NCBI GenBank assembly: GCA_036404115.1
Contig: DASWPG010000053.1
Coordinates: forward strand, 11,566 to 75,565
Reading direction: 5' to 3'
DNA length: 64,000 nucleotides
DNA from: Cellulomonas sp.
GTDB taxonomy: Bacteria > Actinomycetota > Actinomycetes > Actinomycetales > Cellulomonadaceae
Below are positions 7,652 to 18,256 of the stretch, piece after piece. How positions within the stretch are numbered: position 1 is the first letter of the stretch; every line of letters starts with the position of its first letter. The translations under genes were made by a program, and so were the position numbers. Under the pieces are notes generated by a model. That model had not been told where the DNA came from and ran no database searches. It worked only from the letters and a program-made list of their open reading frames with translations.

Positions 7652-10258
7652 TCACGCCTCCGCGAGCGCCGCGACCGGCGGCGTCCGGGCCGCGGACCGC
7701 CCGGGCAGCACCGACGCGACCACGCCGGCCAGCACGGCGATCGCCAGCGCCAGACCGAGGTGCGCCCAGGGCACCCGCAGCTCGACGGTCCCGATCGAGC
7801 CGAGCACGGCGATCGATCCCGCCCAGCCGTAGACCAGGCCGAGCAGCACCCCGACCACCGCCCCGGTCCCGGCGATCAGCGTGCCCTCCACCGCCATCGA
7901 GGCGCGCAGCGCTCGACGGGTCAGCCCGAGCGCCCGCAGGGTGGCCGACTCCCGGCGCCGCTCGATCACCGAGAGCGACAGCGTGTTGGTCACCCCGACC
8001 AGCGCGATCACGACGGCGACCGCGAGCAGCCCGATCACCACCGCGAGCATCGTGTCGATCGCCCGCTGGAAGGTGGCGCGCTCCACGGCGGACCCGGTGA
8101 TGTCCAGCGTCTGGTCGGCGGTGACGTCCTGCACGCGCTGCACGACGGCACCGGCGTCGTCCGGGTCGACCAGCCGGAGCCAGGCGGTGCCGGCCGGCGC
8201 GTCCGACCCGAGGTCGTCGAGGGTGGCGGGAGTGACCAGCGCGGTGCCGGAGCGCAGGTCGGCCCGCGCGACCCGGAGCTCGATGGTCGGCGACCCCGCA
8301 CGGGCCGCACCGGTGCTCGGGTCGGCGAGGGCGACCGGGACCTGGTCGCCGTCCGCGAGACCCAGGTCGGTGGCGAGGTCCGTCGGCAGGGTGAGCGTGC
8401 CGTCGGCCATCGCGGACGCCAGGTCGGCGTCCCGGAGCACGGCGGACGCGTCCGCGACGGTGACGGCCTCGGCGGAGACCGTGGTGCCGCCGACCACGAG
8501 GTCGCCGGTGGTGACCGGCACGGCGGCGGCGACCCCGTCGACGGCGGCCAGCCGGGCCAGGGTCGAGGCGGGCAGCGCCTGCGCGGTGCTCGTGCCGTCG
8601 GGGCCGAGCACGTCCGGCTCGGCCACCGAGAGGTCGACCGGGTACCGGGTGTCGAGCTCGTCGTCCAGGCTGGCGCGCGCGGTCGCGGCGCCGGTGCTCA
8701 TCATGGCGACCAGGGTCACGCCGATCAGCAGGGCCGTGCTGGTCGCGGCGGTGCGTGCCGGGTTGCGGCCGGTGTTGGCGGTGGCGAGGCGGGCCGGCAC
8801 GCCGAGGCGACCGATCAGCCGACCGAGCCCCGCGACGACCGGCGGCATCCACCGCACGGCGGTGACGAGCAGCCCGACGAAGGACAGCGCACCGCCGAGG
8901 ACGGCGATCACGAGACCGGCCCCGGCATCCCGCTCGCCGGCCCGGACGCCGCCGACCAGCAGGAGCCCGCCGCCGACCGCGAGCAGCAGGCCGAGGGTCA
9001 GCCGGACGCGGCCGGCCCGGCTGCCGGGCTGAGCGGCCCCGGCGGGGCGCAGGGCCGCGACCGGTGCGACGCGGGTGGCCGCCCGGGCCGGGGACAGCGC
9101 GGCCAGGACGGTGACCCCGACACCGACGGCCAGCGGGGCCACGACGGCGGCCACGGTCAGGCGCACGGTGCTGGGCACCGGGTAGGAGAGGTCGACGTTC
9201 TGCAGGGCGAGCAGCGTCGCCTGGACCAGCGCGGTGCCCAGCACCAGGCCGGCGGTCGAGGCGGCCGCGCCGAGCAGAGCCGCCTCCAGCAGCACCGAGC
9301 GGCGCACCTGGCCTCGGACGGCGCCGACGCAGCGCAGCAGCGCGAGCGTCCGGGTGCGCTGGGCGACGAGCACCTGGAACGTGTTCGCGATCACCAGCCC
9401 GGCCACCAGCAGCGCGACCGCGGCGAACGACAGCACCACGACGGTGACCGGGCCGGTGCCGTCGTCGGAGAGCCGACGCTCCGCGAGGGTGTCCAGCGTC
9501 AGGACCTGGGTCGGGACGCCCATGGTGGAGTCGGCGTCCAGGGCCGCGGCGACCGCGTCCTGCACGGCCGCGGCGTCGGCGCCGCTGGTGACGGCGACCT
9601 TCAGCTGGTGCACCTGGGCGTCGGCGAGCACCGCGCCGCCGGTGCCCGAGGACCAGCCGGACCAGAGCAGCGTGTCGGCGGTGCTGGCCTGCGCGGCCCC
9701 GTCCGAGGAGGCCCATGCGGACCGCGGGTCGGTGGTCAGGCCGGTGACGGTCAGGGTCTGCTGGGCCCGGACCGCCGTGGCGCCGTCCGGCGGCCAGGTG
9801 GAGTAGGAGGCCGTGACCTGGTCGCCGACCGTGACGCCGAGCCGCTCGGCGGCCCGCTCGGGCAGACTGATCTCGTCGTCCGCGACCGGCATCGCCCCCG
9901 CGGTGACCTGCTGGGTGTCGAACGCCTGGTCCGAGGCGACCGGGACGACCGTCTGGGTGATCGCCTGGCTGCCGGCGCCGATCTCGACCCCCTGCACCGC
10001 GAGCTGCGGGTCGGCACCGGCGACCCCGGGCAGGGCGCGCACGTCCTGCACCATCTGGTCGGTGAGGACGTCGGAGGTCAGGGCCACCAGGTCGGCGCTG
10101 CCGAAGGCCGCGGTGATCGCACCGGTGGAGATCTGGCGCAGCACGCCGCCCGCGAGCAGCGTCGCGGCCACGAAGGCGGTGCCGATCGCGATCGCGACCG
10201 CCGCGGCGGCGAGCCGGCCGGTGCTGCGGCGCATCTGCGCGAGGGTGATCCGCCACAT
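7652..10258 (-). CDS. ABC exporter permease, FtsX/MacB-like with two permease domains
   Basis: [14 protein letters not shown] overlaps the upstream stop (TGATG); IANTFQVLVAQRTRTLALLRCVGA and VTNTLSLSVIERRRESATLRALG motifs. Confidence 0.9.
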   Translation of the reverse strand: MWRITLAQMRRSTGRLAAAAVAIAIGTAFVAATLLAGGVLRQISTGAITAAFGSADLVALTSDVLTDQMVQDVRALPGVAGADPQLAVQGVEIGAGSQAITQTVVPVASDQAFDTQQVTAGAMPVADDEISLPERAAERLGVTVGDQVTASYSTWPPDGATAVRAQQTLTVTGLTTDPRSAWASSDGAAQASTADTLLWSGWSSGTGGAVLADAQVHQLKVAVTSGADAAAVQDAVAAALDADSTMGVPTQVLTLDTLAERRLSDDGTGPVTVVVLSFAAVALLVAGLVIANTFQVLVAQRTRTLALLRCVGAVRGQVRRSVLLEAALLGAAASTAGLVLGTALVQATLLALQNVDLSYPVPSTVRLTVAAVVAPLAVGVGVTVLAALSPARAATRVAPVAALRPAGAAQPGSRAGRVRLTLGLLLAVGGGLLLVGGVRAGERDAGAGLVIAVLGGALSFVGLLVTAVRWMPPVVAGLGRLIGRLGVPARLATANTGRNPARTAATSTALLIGVTLVAMMSTGAATARASLDDELDTRYPVDLSVAEPDVLGPDGTSTAQALPASTLARLAAVDGVAAAVPVTTGDLVVGGTTVSAEAVTVADASAVLRDADLASAMADGTLTLPTDLATDLGLADGDQVPVALADPSTGAARAGSPTIELRVARADLRSGTALVTPATLDDLGSDAPAGTAWLRLVDPDDAGAVVQRVQDVTADQTLDITGSAVERATFQRAIDTMLAVVIGLLAVAVVIALVGVTNTLSLSVIERRRESATLRALGLTRRALRASMAVEGTLIAGTGAVVGVLLGLVYGWAGSIAVLGSIGTVELRVPWAHLGLALAIAVLAGVVASVLPGRSAARTPPVAALAEA

Positions 10259-11127
10259 CAGGCACCGACCGGGGTGCCGTCGGTGCGCTCCAGCTGGCGC
10301 AGCGCGTCCAGCCCGGTGAGCACGGCCTCGGGGGTCGGGTCGACGATCTCGCCCGCGATCCGCCCGTCCGCGAGCAGCACGACCCGGTCGGCGTAGGCGG
10401 CGGCGGTCGGGTCGTGGGTGACCATGACGACCGTGCGGCCGAGCTCGCGCACAGAGCGCCGCAGGAAGCTCAGCACCTCGGCGCCGGCACGGGAGTCCAG
10501 GTTGCCGGTGGGCTCGTCCGCGAAGACGACCTCGGGCCGGGCGATCAGGGCGCGGGCGATGGCCACCCGCTGCTGCTGTCCGCCGGAGAGCTCGGCGGGG
10601 CGGTGGGACAGCCGCGCGCCGAGCCCGAGCGTGCCGACCAGGGTGTCGAACCAGGAGCGGTCGACCGGGGCGCCGGCGAGCTCCAGCGGGAGCAGGATGT
10701 TCTGCTCCGCGGTGAACATCGGCAGCAGGTTGAACGACTGGAACACGAACCCCACCCGGCCGCGGCGCAGCCGGGTCAGGGCGTCGTCGTCGAGGGACGT
10801 GACGTCGGTGCCTCCGAGCAGGGCCGACCCGGAGGTGGCGGAGTCCAGCCCGGCGAGCACGTGCATCAGGGTGGACTTGCCGGAGCCCGAGGGGCCCATG
10901 ATCGCGGTGAACGCCCCGGCGGCGAAGTCGACGTCCACCCCGGCGAGCGCGTGCACGGCCGCCTCGCCCCGGCCGTACACCTTGGTCAGCCCGCGGGCGC
11001 GGATCGCCGGGGCCCCGGCCGCCGACGGGTCGCCGAGCACGGACCGGTCGGGGTCGGCGCCGGGGGTGGAAGGTGCGCCGGGGGTGCCGGCGGGCGAGGC
11101 GGGAGTGCTGTCCACGATGGGCTCCAC
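10258..11127 (-). CDS. ABC transporter ATP-binding protein (LolD/MacB-like)
   Basis: Walker [38 protein letters not shown]. Exact start uncertain. Confidence 0.93.
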   Translation of the reverse strand: MEPIVDSTPASPAGTPGAPSTPGADPDRSVLGDPSAAGAPAIRARGLTKVYGRGEAAVHALAGVDVDFAAGAFTAIMGPSGSGKSTLMHVLAGLDSATSGSALLGGTDVTSLDDDALTRLRRGRVGFVFQSFNLLPMFTAEQNILLPLELAGAPVDRSWFDTLVGTLGLGARLSHRPAELSGGQQQRVAIARALIARPEVVFADEPTGNLDSRAGAEVLSFLRRSVRELGRTVVMVTHDPTAAAYADRVVLLADGRIAGEIVDPTPEAVLTGLDALRQLERTDGTPVGA

Positions 11128-11307
11128 TGCTGCGGGGACGTCTGACCCCGCCGACGCTACGGAGACCGACCGCGCCGGTCGTCCCCCCGTGGTCCCCGGC
11201 CGCGGTCATCCCCGGGTCGGACCCCTCCGCCGCCGGTCGCACCCGGGGGGCGGGCATGGGTACGGTCGGGATCGGGCCGGGCCGGGTTGCGGGCCGGGCA
11301 GGACCGG

Positions 11308-12021
11308 TCAGGCGCCCGGGACGACCAGCCCGGTCTCGTAGGCGACCACCACCGCCTGCACCCGGTCGCGCGCGCCGAGCTTGGCCAGGATCCGCCCGAC
11401 GTGGGTCTTCACGGTCGCCTCGGCCACGAACAGGTCGGTGCCGATCTCGGTGTTGGAGCGGCCGTGCGCCATCAGCACCAGCACCTCGCGCTCGCGGTCG
11501 GTCAGCGCGTCGAGCGCCCGGTGCTCCGACCCGGCCTGGTGCTGCTCGGCGGGCAGCACGGTGACCAGGTGCTCGAGCAGCCGACGGGTGCTGGAGGGGG
11601 CGATCACGGCGTCGCCCCGGTGCACCGTCCGGATCGCGGCGAGCATGTCCTCGGGCGGGGTGTCCTTGAGCAGGAACCCGCTGGCCCCGGCGCGGATCGC
11701 CGCGAGCACGTACTCGTCGAGGTCGAAGGTGGTCAGGACGATCACCCGGGGCGCCGGCTGCTCGGGTGTGCCGGCGGCGACGATCTGCTCGGTGGCGGCG
11801 ATCCCGTCCAGCCGGGGCATCCGGACGTCCATCAGCACCACGTCCACCGGGCCGAGCACCCGCGCCCGGGCTGAGCCGGGGGTGAGCGCCTGCACGGCCT
11901 GCTCGCCGTCACCGGCCTCCAGCACGACGGTGAGGTCCGGCTGGGAGTCGATGACCAGGCGGAACCCGGCCCGGACGAGCTGCTGGTCGTCCACGACGGC
12001 GACCCGGATCGTCTCGCACAT
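11308..12021 (-). CDS. NarL/LuxR-family response regulator
   Basis: [37 protein letters not shown]...[22 protein letters not shown]. Confidence 0.93.
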   Translation of the reverse strand: MCETIRVAVVDDQQLVRAGFRLVIDSQPDLTVVLEAGDGEQAVQALTPGSARARVLGPVDVVLMDVRMPRLDGIAATEQIVAAGTPEQPAPRVIVLTTFDLDEYVLAAIRAGASGFLLKDTPPEDMLAAIRTVHRGDAVIAPSSTRRLLEHLVTVLPAEQHQAGSEHRALDALTDREREVLVLMAHGRSNTEIGTDLFVAEATVKTHVGRILAKLGARDRVQAVVVAYETGLVVPGA

Positions 12022-12026
12022 GCCCG

Positions 12027-13262
12027 TCAGCCTAGGTCCGGCGGCGGGGCGGGGGCTGCCGGCAGCGGGATCTCGGCGCGCACCCGGAAGCCGCCGCCCG
12101 GCCGGGGCCCGGCGCTGACGGTGCCGCCGAACATCGCGGCGCGCTCGCGCATCCCGGTCAGCCCGTGGCCGTGGCCGTCGGAGCCGGCGGAGGCGCCGCG
12201 GCCGTCGTCGGTGATCTCGAGCACGATCGACGCCGGCAGCCACTGCACCAGCACGGTGACGCGTGGGTCGGGACCGGCGTGCTTGAGCACGTTGGTCAGC
12301 GCCTCCTGGCAGATCCGGTACACCGTGAGCCCGGTGCCCGGCGGCAGCGGGCGGGGCGTGCCCATCCGGACCGTGGAGGCGTGCACCCCGGTGGCCCGCA
12401 CCTGCTCGACCAGCGCGTCGAGGTCCTGCTCGGCGGGCTGCGGGGTGGACGGGACGAGGGCGGGTCCACCGGTGCCGCGCTCGGCGTCCTCGGGCTCGCG
12501 GAGCACGCCGAGCAGCCGGCGCATGTCGGCCAGCGCGGCGCGGCCGGTCTCGGCGACGGTGCCGAGCGCCCGGACCGCGGCCTCGGGGTCGGTGGCCGCC
12601 GCGTACCGCCCGCCGTCCGCCTGGGCGATCACCACCGACAGCGAGTGCGCCACGATGTCGTGCATCTCGCGGGCGATCCGGGTGCGCTCGGCGGCGGTGG
12701 CGATCCGGGCCTGCTGGTCCCGTTCGACCTCCAGCCGCTCGGCCCGGTCCCGCAGCGCGCCGATCGTCTCCCGGCGGGCCCGGCGCATCAGGCCGAACGC
12801 CCAGGTGGCGATCGCGCAGGCGGAGCACAGCACCGTGATCGAGATGGCGGCCGGGATCGTGTCGGAGAGCCTGCCGGACCCGGTGGTGCGCGCCACCAGC
12901 ACGAGGGACAGCAGCACGCTGCCGGCCAGCGCGCCGACGATCGCGGTGCGGTGCGCCCACCGGGGACCGTGCACCGTGACGGAGTACAGCGCGACCAGCA
13001 CCGCGAGATCGGTGGGGATGGAGGGGATCTCGCCGAGCAGCAGGTGGCCCAGGGCGGCCAGGTACACCGCCACCACCGAGGCCACCGGGCTGCGCCGGCG
13101 CCAGGCGAGCGGCGTCCAGGTGAGCAGGCCCCACCACAGCCCGTCGCCGCCGGTCGCGAAGCTGAGCGGCACCACCACCAGGCCGGTGAGCACCGTGACG
13201 GTGGCGTCGACCGGGAAGCGGTGGCGCTCGTCCCACCGCGTCAGGCGCTCCCACCAGGTCAC
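12027..13262 (-). CDS. Membrane sensor histidine kinase (HisKA_3)
   Basis: N-terminal TM helices; IAREMHDIVAHSL, QEALTNVLKHA, DDGRG, GHGLTGMRER. Confidence 0.93.
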   Translation of the reverse strand: MTWWERLTRWDERHRFPVDATVTVLTGLVVVPLSFATGGDGLWWGLLTWTPLAWRRRSPVASVVAVYLAALGHLLLGEIPSIPTDLAVLVALYSVTVHGPRWAHRTAIVGALAGSVLLSLVLVARTTGSGRLSDTIPAAISITVLCSACAIATWAFGLMRRARRETIGALRDRAERLEVERDQQARIATAAERTRIAREMHDIVAHSLSVVIAQADGGRYAAATDPEAAVRALGTVAETGRAALADMRRLLGVLREPEDAERGTGGPALVPSTPQPAEQDLDALVEQVRATGVHASTVRMGTPRPLPPGTGLTVYRICQEALTNVLKHAGPDPRVTVLVQWLPASIVLEITDDGRGASAGSDGHGHGLTGMRERAAMFGGTVSAGPRPGGGFRVRAEIPLPAAPAPPPDLG

Positions 13263-13418
13263 CGGGACAGCGTAGGTGGGGGCGCCCGACGGGGCGTGCC
13301 CCCGTGGGCGGACCGGTGGGCGGCGCCGTCCGCCCGGGGTCGGACGGGCGGTCGGTGGGACCGGTCACCGGGTCGGCCGGACCGGTCGGCCGCACCGGTC
13401 GGAGGGTCGGACGGTACC

Positions 13419-13455
13419 CGGGCGACGCCCGGTCGGCGGGCGGGCGACGCCCGGT
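13419..13455. repeat. Perfect 15-bp direct repeat with 22-bp period
   Basis: CGGGCGACGCCCGGT at 13419-13433 and 13441-13455, in the divergent intergenic region. Confidence 0.6.
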
Positions 13456-13582
13456 GGACGGGCCGCCGAGAGGTGCGCGGCACCCGTCGGTGGCGGTCCC
13501 GCGAGATCATCGGCGAGACACGGGGCGAGGCGATGCCGTTCCGAGCCGTCGACAAGACCGTTCCGTGACCTAACATGGCCCA

Positions 13583-14275
13583 ATGACCCAGGTGCTGCTG
13601 GCTGAGGACGATCCTGCGATTGCCGAGCCTTTGGCGCGTGCCCTGGGGCGCGAGGGCTACGACGTGCGGGTGCAAGGCACCGGTCAAGGAGCGATCGACC
13701 TGGCCGGCGAGGCGGACCTGGTGGTGCTGGACCTGGGCCTGCCGGACATGGACGGTCTCGACGTCGCCCGGGCGATCCGGAACCAGGGCCTGACCACGCC
13801 GGTGCTGGTGCTGACGGCCCGCGCGGACGAGGTCGACCTGGTGGTGGGCCTGGACGCGGGGGCCGACGACTACGTGACCAAGCCGTTCCGGCTGGCCGAG
13901 CTGCTGGCGCGGGTCCGGGCGCTGCTGCGCCGCACCGGTGGCGACACCGCCGACGAGGAGGAGCTGCACAGCCAGGACGTCCGGGTGGACGTGGCTGCGC
14001 ACCGGGCGTTCCAGGGCGACCGGGAGCTGCACCTCACGGCCAAGGAGTTCGACCTGCTGCGCGTGCTGGTCGGGTCGGCCGGTACCGTGGTCGCGCGCGA
14101 GACGCTGATGCGCGAGGTCTGGGGCTCGGACCCGACCGGCTCCACCAAGACGCTGGACATGCACGTGTCCTGGCTGCGCCGCAAGCTCGGCGACGACGCG
14201 AGCGCCCCGCGCTACATCAGCACGGTCCGCGGCATGGGCTTCCGGTTCGAGGCCGGCGAGGGTTCGCGGGGCTGA
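13583..14275 (+). CDS. draR: OmpR-family response regulator (DraR-like)
   Basis: MTQVLLAEDD...EPLARAL, DLGLP, GADDYVTKPFRLAELLARVRALLRR, KTLDMHVSWLRRKLGDD; position before HK-gtrA-purK-purE matches Streptomyces draRK. Symbol assigned from recalled similarity. Confidence 0.8.
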   Translation: MTQVLLAEDDPAIAEPLARALGREGYDVRVQGTGQGAIDLAGEADLVVLDLGLPDMDGLDVARAIRNQGLTTPVLVLTARADEVDLVVGLDAGADDYVTKPFRLAELLARVRALLRRTGGDTADEEELHSQDVRVDVAAHRAFQGDRELHLTAKEFDLLRVLVGSAGTVVARETLMREVWGSDPTGSTKTLDMHVSWLRRKLGDDASAPRYISTVRGMGFRFEAGEGSRG

Positions 14276-14278
14276 CCC

Positions 14279-15607
14279 GTGCGTCGTCGAGTCCTGCAGG
14301 CCACGATCGCGGCCGTCACGGTCGCGGTGGTGCTGCTCGGGTTCCCGCTGGCCTTCCTCGGGGCGCAGTACGTCCGGGACAACGAGATCAGCGCCCTGCA
14401 GAACCGGGCGAGCGACCTGGCCCGGCAGATCGACAGCCGGGTGCAGGAGGGCACCCCGCTGTCCGACGCGATGCTGGAGCCGTACGTCGAGCGCAGCGGC
14501 GGCGTGGTGGTGTCCATCTTCGTGGTCACGACCGACGGCGCCCGGTACCAGGCGGGCCCCGAGCTGCCGACCCGGACCATCACCGCGACCGAGACGTCCG
14601 TGACCGGTGCGCGGGTCACGCTGTACGCCTCCTGGTGGGACGTGTTCCTGATGAGCTCCCAGGTGATGGGGCTGGTGGTCGCCGCGGCGGTGGTCGCGTT
14701 CGCGGCCGGGATCGCGATGGCGATCTGGCAGGCGAACCGGCTCGCCGCGCCGCTGGTCTACCTCGCGGCCTCGGCCGAGCAGCTGGGGTCGGGGCAGGTG
14801 CGCCCGCAGCTCGAGGCGTCGGGCGTGGAGGAGATCGACCTGGTGGCCGCCGAGCTGGCCCGCAGCGCGGACCGGATGGCCGGGCGGCTGGCGGCCGAGC
14901 GGCAGTTCGCCTCGGACGCCTCGCACCAGCTGCGCACGCCGCTGACGGCGCTGACCATGCGGCTGGAGGAGATCATGCTGGCCTCGGACGACGAGCTGGT
15001 GCGTGAGGAGGCGCGGATCTCGCTGGAGCAGGTCGAGCGGCTGGTCACGGTGGTGGACGACCTGCTGACCACCTCGCGGCGGGCACAGGGCGGCACCACG
15101 GAGGCGGTGCGGCTGCGCGAGGTCGTGCACCAGCAGGAGGAGGAGTGGCGGCCGACCTTCGAGGCCGAGGGCCGCACCCTGGTGGTGGACGTGGACCCCG
15201 ACGCGCAGGTGCTGGCCACCCCGGGCGCGCTGGCGCAGGTGCTGGCCACCCTGATCGAGAACTCGCTGCGGCACGGCGGCGGCACCACGACCGTCCGCTC
15301 ACGGCCGGGGGCGTCCCGGGCGGTGGTGCTGGAGGTGGCCGACGAGGGCGACGGCGTGCCGGACGACCTGGCGCCGCGGATCTTCGAGCGCGAGGTGACC
15401 TCCGGCGCGGGCACCGGCCTCGGGCTGGCGCTGGCCCGCGACCTGGCTTCCGCCGACGGCGCCCGCCTGGAGCTGGCGCAGCGCCGGCCGGCGGTGTTCG
15501 CGCTGTTCCTCACCGGGGTGCCCGCCGCGATGCAGCCGGACGTGGTGCTGCCGCGCGGCTCGGTGATCTCGCCGCGGGCCGAGCGGCCGGGGCGCCGACG
15601 GCGCTGA
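14279..15607 (+). CDS. draK: Sensor histidine kinase (HAMP, HisKA, HATPase; DraK-like)
   Basis: Two TM segments; FASDASHQLRTPLT, LIENSLRHG, DEGDG, GTGLGL. Confidence 0.8.
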   Translation: MRRRVLQATIAAVTVAVVLLGFPLAFLGAQYVRDNEISALQNRASDLARQIDSRVQEGTPLSDAMLEPYVERSGGVVVSIFVVTTDGARYQAGPELPTRTITATETSVTGARVTLYASWWDVFLMSSQVMGLVVAAAVVAFAAGIAMAIWQANRLAAPLVYLAASAEQLGSGQVRPQLEASGVEEIDLVAAELARSADRMAGRLAAERQFASDASHQLRTPLTALTMRLEEIMLASDDELVREEARISLEQVERLVTVVDDLLTTSRRAQGGTTEAVRLREVVHQQEEEWRPTFEAEGRTLVVDVDPDAQVLATPGALAQVLATLIENSLRHGGGTTTVRSRPGASRAVVLEVADEGDGVPDDLAPRIFEREVTSGAGTGLGLALARDLASADGARLELAQRRPAVFALFLTGVPAAMQPDVVLPRGSVISPRAERPGRRRR

Positions 15608-15673
15608 GCGGGCGGGGCGCCGACGGCGCTGGCGGGCGGGGCGCCGACGGCGCTGGCAGGCGGGGCGCCGACG
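15583..15673. repeat. 24-bp tandem repeat, about 3.75 copies
   Basis: Unit GCGGGCGGGGCGCCGACGGCGCTG; the first variant copy contains the kinase stop codon. Confidence 0.85.
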
Positions 15674-15695
15674 CCCCGGGTGGCGGCGGCCACCG

Positions 15696-16298
15696 CTAGG
15701 AGGTCTGGCGCTCCGGGCTCGGCAGCGGGCTCGGCAGCGCGCTCGGGTGCGAGAGCTCCGGGTGCAGCCGCTCGGTCTGCGCGACCTCGACCAGCGCGGT
15801 CGGCAGGGTGGCGGTCCCGGTGAAGACGAACAGCTTGTAGCCGATGTACCGGACCACCGTGCCCAGCCCGATGCCGATCATGTTCGCGACGTTGTCCCAC
15901 CAGGGGCCGCTGCGGTCCAGCACGCCGTGGGTGAAGGCCAGGGTGCCCACCGAGACGACGATGCCGACCACGTTGATCAGGGCGAACAGCACGGCCTCCC
16001 GGCCGCGACGGTCGCTGCGCTGGTCCGCGAACGTCCAGTACCGGCTGCCGAGCCAGGAGACGAGGGTGGCCAGCAGCACCGCGACGATGCGGGCGGTGAG
16101 CGGGTGGCCGCCGAGCAGGTCGCCGGGGCCGAACCGCAGCAGGTTGTACGTGCCCATGTCGACGACGAAGGCGACGGTGCCCACCGAGCCGAACCGGGCC
16201 AGCTCGACCGCGCGGGCACGGGTGCCCTGCCACCGGTCCGCGGCGGGTCCCGCAGCGTCGCGCGCGGTCAGCAGCGTCGACGGCCCCGAGGTGGTCAT
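15696..16298 (-). CDS. GtrA-family flippase-like protein (copy 1)
   Basis: ELARFGSVGTVAFVVDMG, SRYWTF, NVANMIGIGLGTVVRYIGYKLFVF. Confidence 0.88.
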   Translation of the reverse strand: MTTSGPSTLLTARDAAGPAADRWQGTRARAVELARFGSVGTVAFVVDMGTYNLLRFGPGDLLGGHPLTARIVAVLLATLVSWLGSRYWTFADQRSDRRGREAVLFALINVVGIVVSVGTLAFTHGVLDRSGPWWDNVANMIGIGLGTVVRYIGYKLFVFTGTATLPTALVEVAQTERLHPELSHPSALPSPLPSPERQTS

Positions 16299-16387
16299 CG
16301 GGCGACCGTACCGCCCGAGCCTGAGCGGTGACTGAGCGCGCGCCGCCCGGTCCCGGCCCGGGTGCGTCGCCCGGGTGCCGGACCCGG

Positions 16388-16993
16388 TCACGCCGGCGGC
16401 GCGACGGACGGGTCGGTCGCCGCCGTCGCCCCGTCCCCGCGCGCGGCGCACGCCCGGTGCGGGGACGGGGTCGGGTCGGCGGCGGCGTTGAACACGAACA
16501 TCCGGTAGCCGACGTAGCGGGCGATGGTGCCGAGCCCGACGCCGATCACGTTCGCGACGTTGTCGGCCAGCGGGCCGTCCAGACCGAGCAGGTAGCGCGA
16601 GAAGGCGAGGGTGGCGACCGAGATCACGATGCCGAGCACGTTGACCCCGGCGAACAGCACGAACTCGCGCCCGCGGCGCCGGCCACGCCGGTCGGCGAAC
16701 GTCCAGAGCCGGTTGCCGAGCCAAGACACCATGGTGGAGACCGCGACCGCGATCACCCGGGCGGTCAGCGGTCGCGTGGCGAGCACGCCCACCGGGCCGA
16801 AGCACAGCAGGTTGTAGACCCCCATGTCGACCACGAAGGCGACCGCGCCGACCGAGCCGAACCGGGCCAGCTCGCCGGCACGGCCACGGACCCAGGTGCG
16901 CAGCGGGTGCGGCGGTGCGTGTCGGGTGACGAGCGCGTCGGCCGGCTCCGTCTCGGGGGCGGCCGCGAGCTCCGGGGCGCCGGGCGAGGTCAT
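16388..16993 (-). CDS. GtrA-family flippase-like protein (copy 2)
   Basis: ELARFGSVGAVAFVVDMG, NRLWTF, NVANVIGVGLGTIARYVGYRMFVF. Confidence 0.88.
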   Translation of the reverse strand: MTSPGAPELAAAPETEPADALVTRHAPPHPLRTWVRGRAGELARFGSVGAVAFVVDMGVYNLLCFGPVGVLATRPLTARVIAVAVSTMVSWLGNRLWTFADRRGRRRGREFVLFAGVNVLGIVISVATLAFSRYLLGLDGPLADNVANVIGVGLGTIARYVGYRMFVFNAAADPTPSPHRACAARGDGATAATDPSVAPPA

Positions 16994-17055
16994 CGGGCCA
17001 GGGTATCTCGGACCCCTGCGCGGTCCGTGCGACCTCTGGACTAGGCTCCACGCTC

Positions 17056-18225
17056 GTGGGCGCACCTGTGGTGGCAGTGGTCGGCGGCGGGCAGCTCGCC
17101 CGCATGATGGCGCCGGCGGCGACCGCGCTGGGGGTGCACCTGCGGGTGCTGGTCGAGGACGCGGTGTCCTCGGCGGCCCAGGTCGTGGTGGACGCGCCGG
17201 TCGGGTCGGCGGCGGACCCGGTCGCGGTCGAGCGCCTGGTGGTCGGCGCTCAGGCGCTCACCTTCGAGCACGAGCACGTGCCGAACGGCCTGCTCACCGA
17301 GCTGGTGGACCGCGGGGTCGCGGTCCGGCCGGGACCGGACGCGCTGGTGCACGCCCAGGACAAGATCGTGATGCGCACCCGGCTGACGGCGCTGGGCATC
17401 CCCTGCCCGCGCTGGGCGCCGGTGGCGGACGTCGACGCGCTGGCGGCCTTCCTGGCCGCCGGGGACGGCACGGCGGTGGTCAAGACGGCCCGCGGCGGGT
17501 ACGACGGCAAGGGTGTGCGGGTGGTCGGCGCCGCGGACCAGGCGGCGGACTGGCTGGCGGCGGCGGCCGCGGGCACCGGCGCCCCGCTGCTGGCGGAGGA
17601 GCGAGTGCCGTTCAGCCGCGAGCTCGCCGTGCTGGTGGCCCGGACGCCGTCCGGCGAGGTGCGCACGTGGCCGGTGGTGGAGTCGGTGCAGCGGGACGGG
17701 GTGTGCGCCGAGGTGGTCGCACCCGCTCCGGGGCTGGACCCGCGCACCGCCGCGGTGGCCGAGCGGATCGGCCGGCAGGTCGCCGAGGGGCTGGACGTGA
17801 CCGGCGTGCTCGCGGTCGAGCTGTTCGAGGTGCCGGCGGACGAGCCCGGAGCGGCGCCGCGGGTGCTGGTGAACGAGCTCGCGATGCGCCCGCACAACTC
17901 GGGGCACTGGACGATCGACGGCGCGGTGACCAGCCAGTTCGAGCAGCACCTGCGGGCCGTGCTGGACCTGCCGCTGGGAGCGACCGACGTCCGCGCGCCG
18001 TGGACCGTGATGGCGAACGTGCTCGGCAGCACCCGTGCGGTGCTGACCGACGCGCTGGGCGAGGTCGCCGCGCTGGACCCGGCCGCGAAGGTGCACCTGT
18101 ACGGCAAGGGCGTGCGGCCGGGCCGCAAGCTCGGCCACGTCACGGTGTGCGGGGACGATCTGGCGGACGTCCGGGCCCGGGCCCGGGCCGCGGCCGCCGT
18201 GCTGCAGGGCGACGACCCGCGCTGA
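17056..18225 (+). CDS. purK: N5-carboxyaminoimidazole ribonucleotide synthase
   Basis: [53 protein letters not shown]. Confidence 0.96.
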   Translation: MGAPVVAVVGGGQLARMMAPAATALGVHLRVLVEDAVSSAAQVVVDAPVGSAADPVAVERLVVGAQALTFEHEHVPNGLLTELVDRGVAVRPGPDALVHAQDKIVMRTRLTALGIPCPRWAPVADVDALAAFLAAGDGTAVVKTARGGYDGKGVRVVGAADQAADWLAAAAAGTGAPLLAEERVPFSRELAVLVARTPSGEVRTWPVVESVQRDGVCAEVVAPAPGLDPRTAAVAERIGRQVAEGLDVTGVLAVELFEVPADEPGAAPRVLVNELAMRPHNSGHWTIDGAVTSQFEQHLRAVLDLPLGATDVRAPWTVMANVLGSTRAVLTDALGEVAALDPAAKVHLYGKGVRPGRKLGHVTVCGDDLADVRARARAAAAVLQGDDPR

Positions 18226-18256
18226 CCGGGCCGGGCAGGACGACGTGGAGGACGTG

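Noticed and set aside
11130-11290. Possible response-regulator operators upstream of the ABC exporter
   Set aside because: Only loose GTC(G/A)TCCC half-sites in very GC-rich DNA; a site could not be defined with confidence.
15583-15673. Possible CRISPR array
   Set aside because: The repeats are contiguous with no unique spacers, and no cas genes are present.
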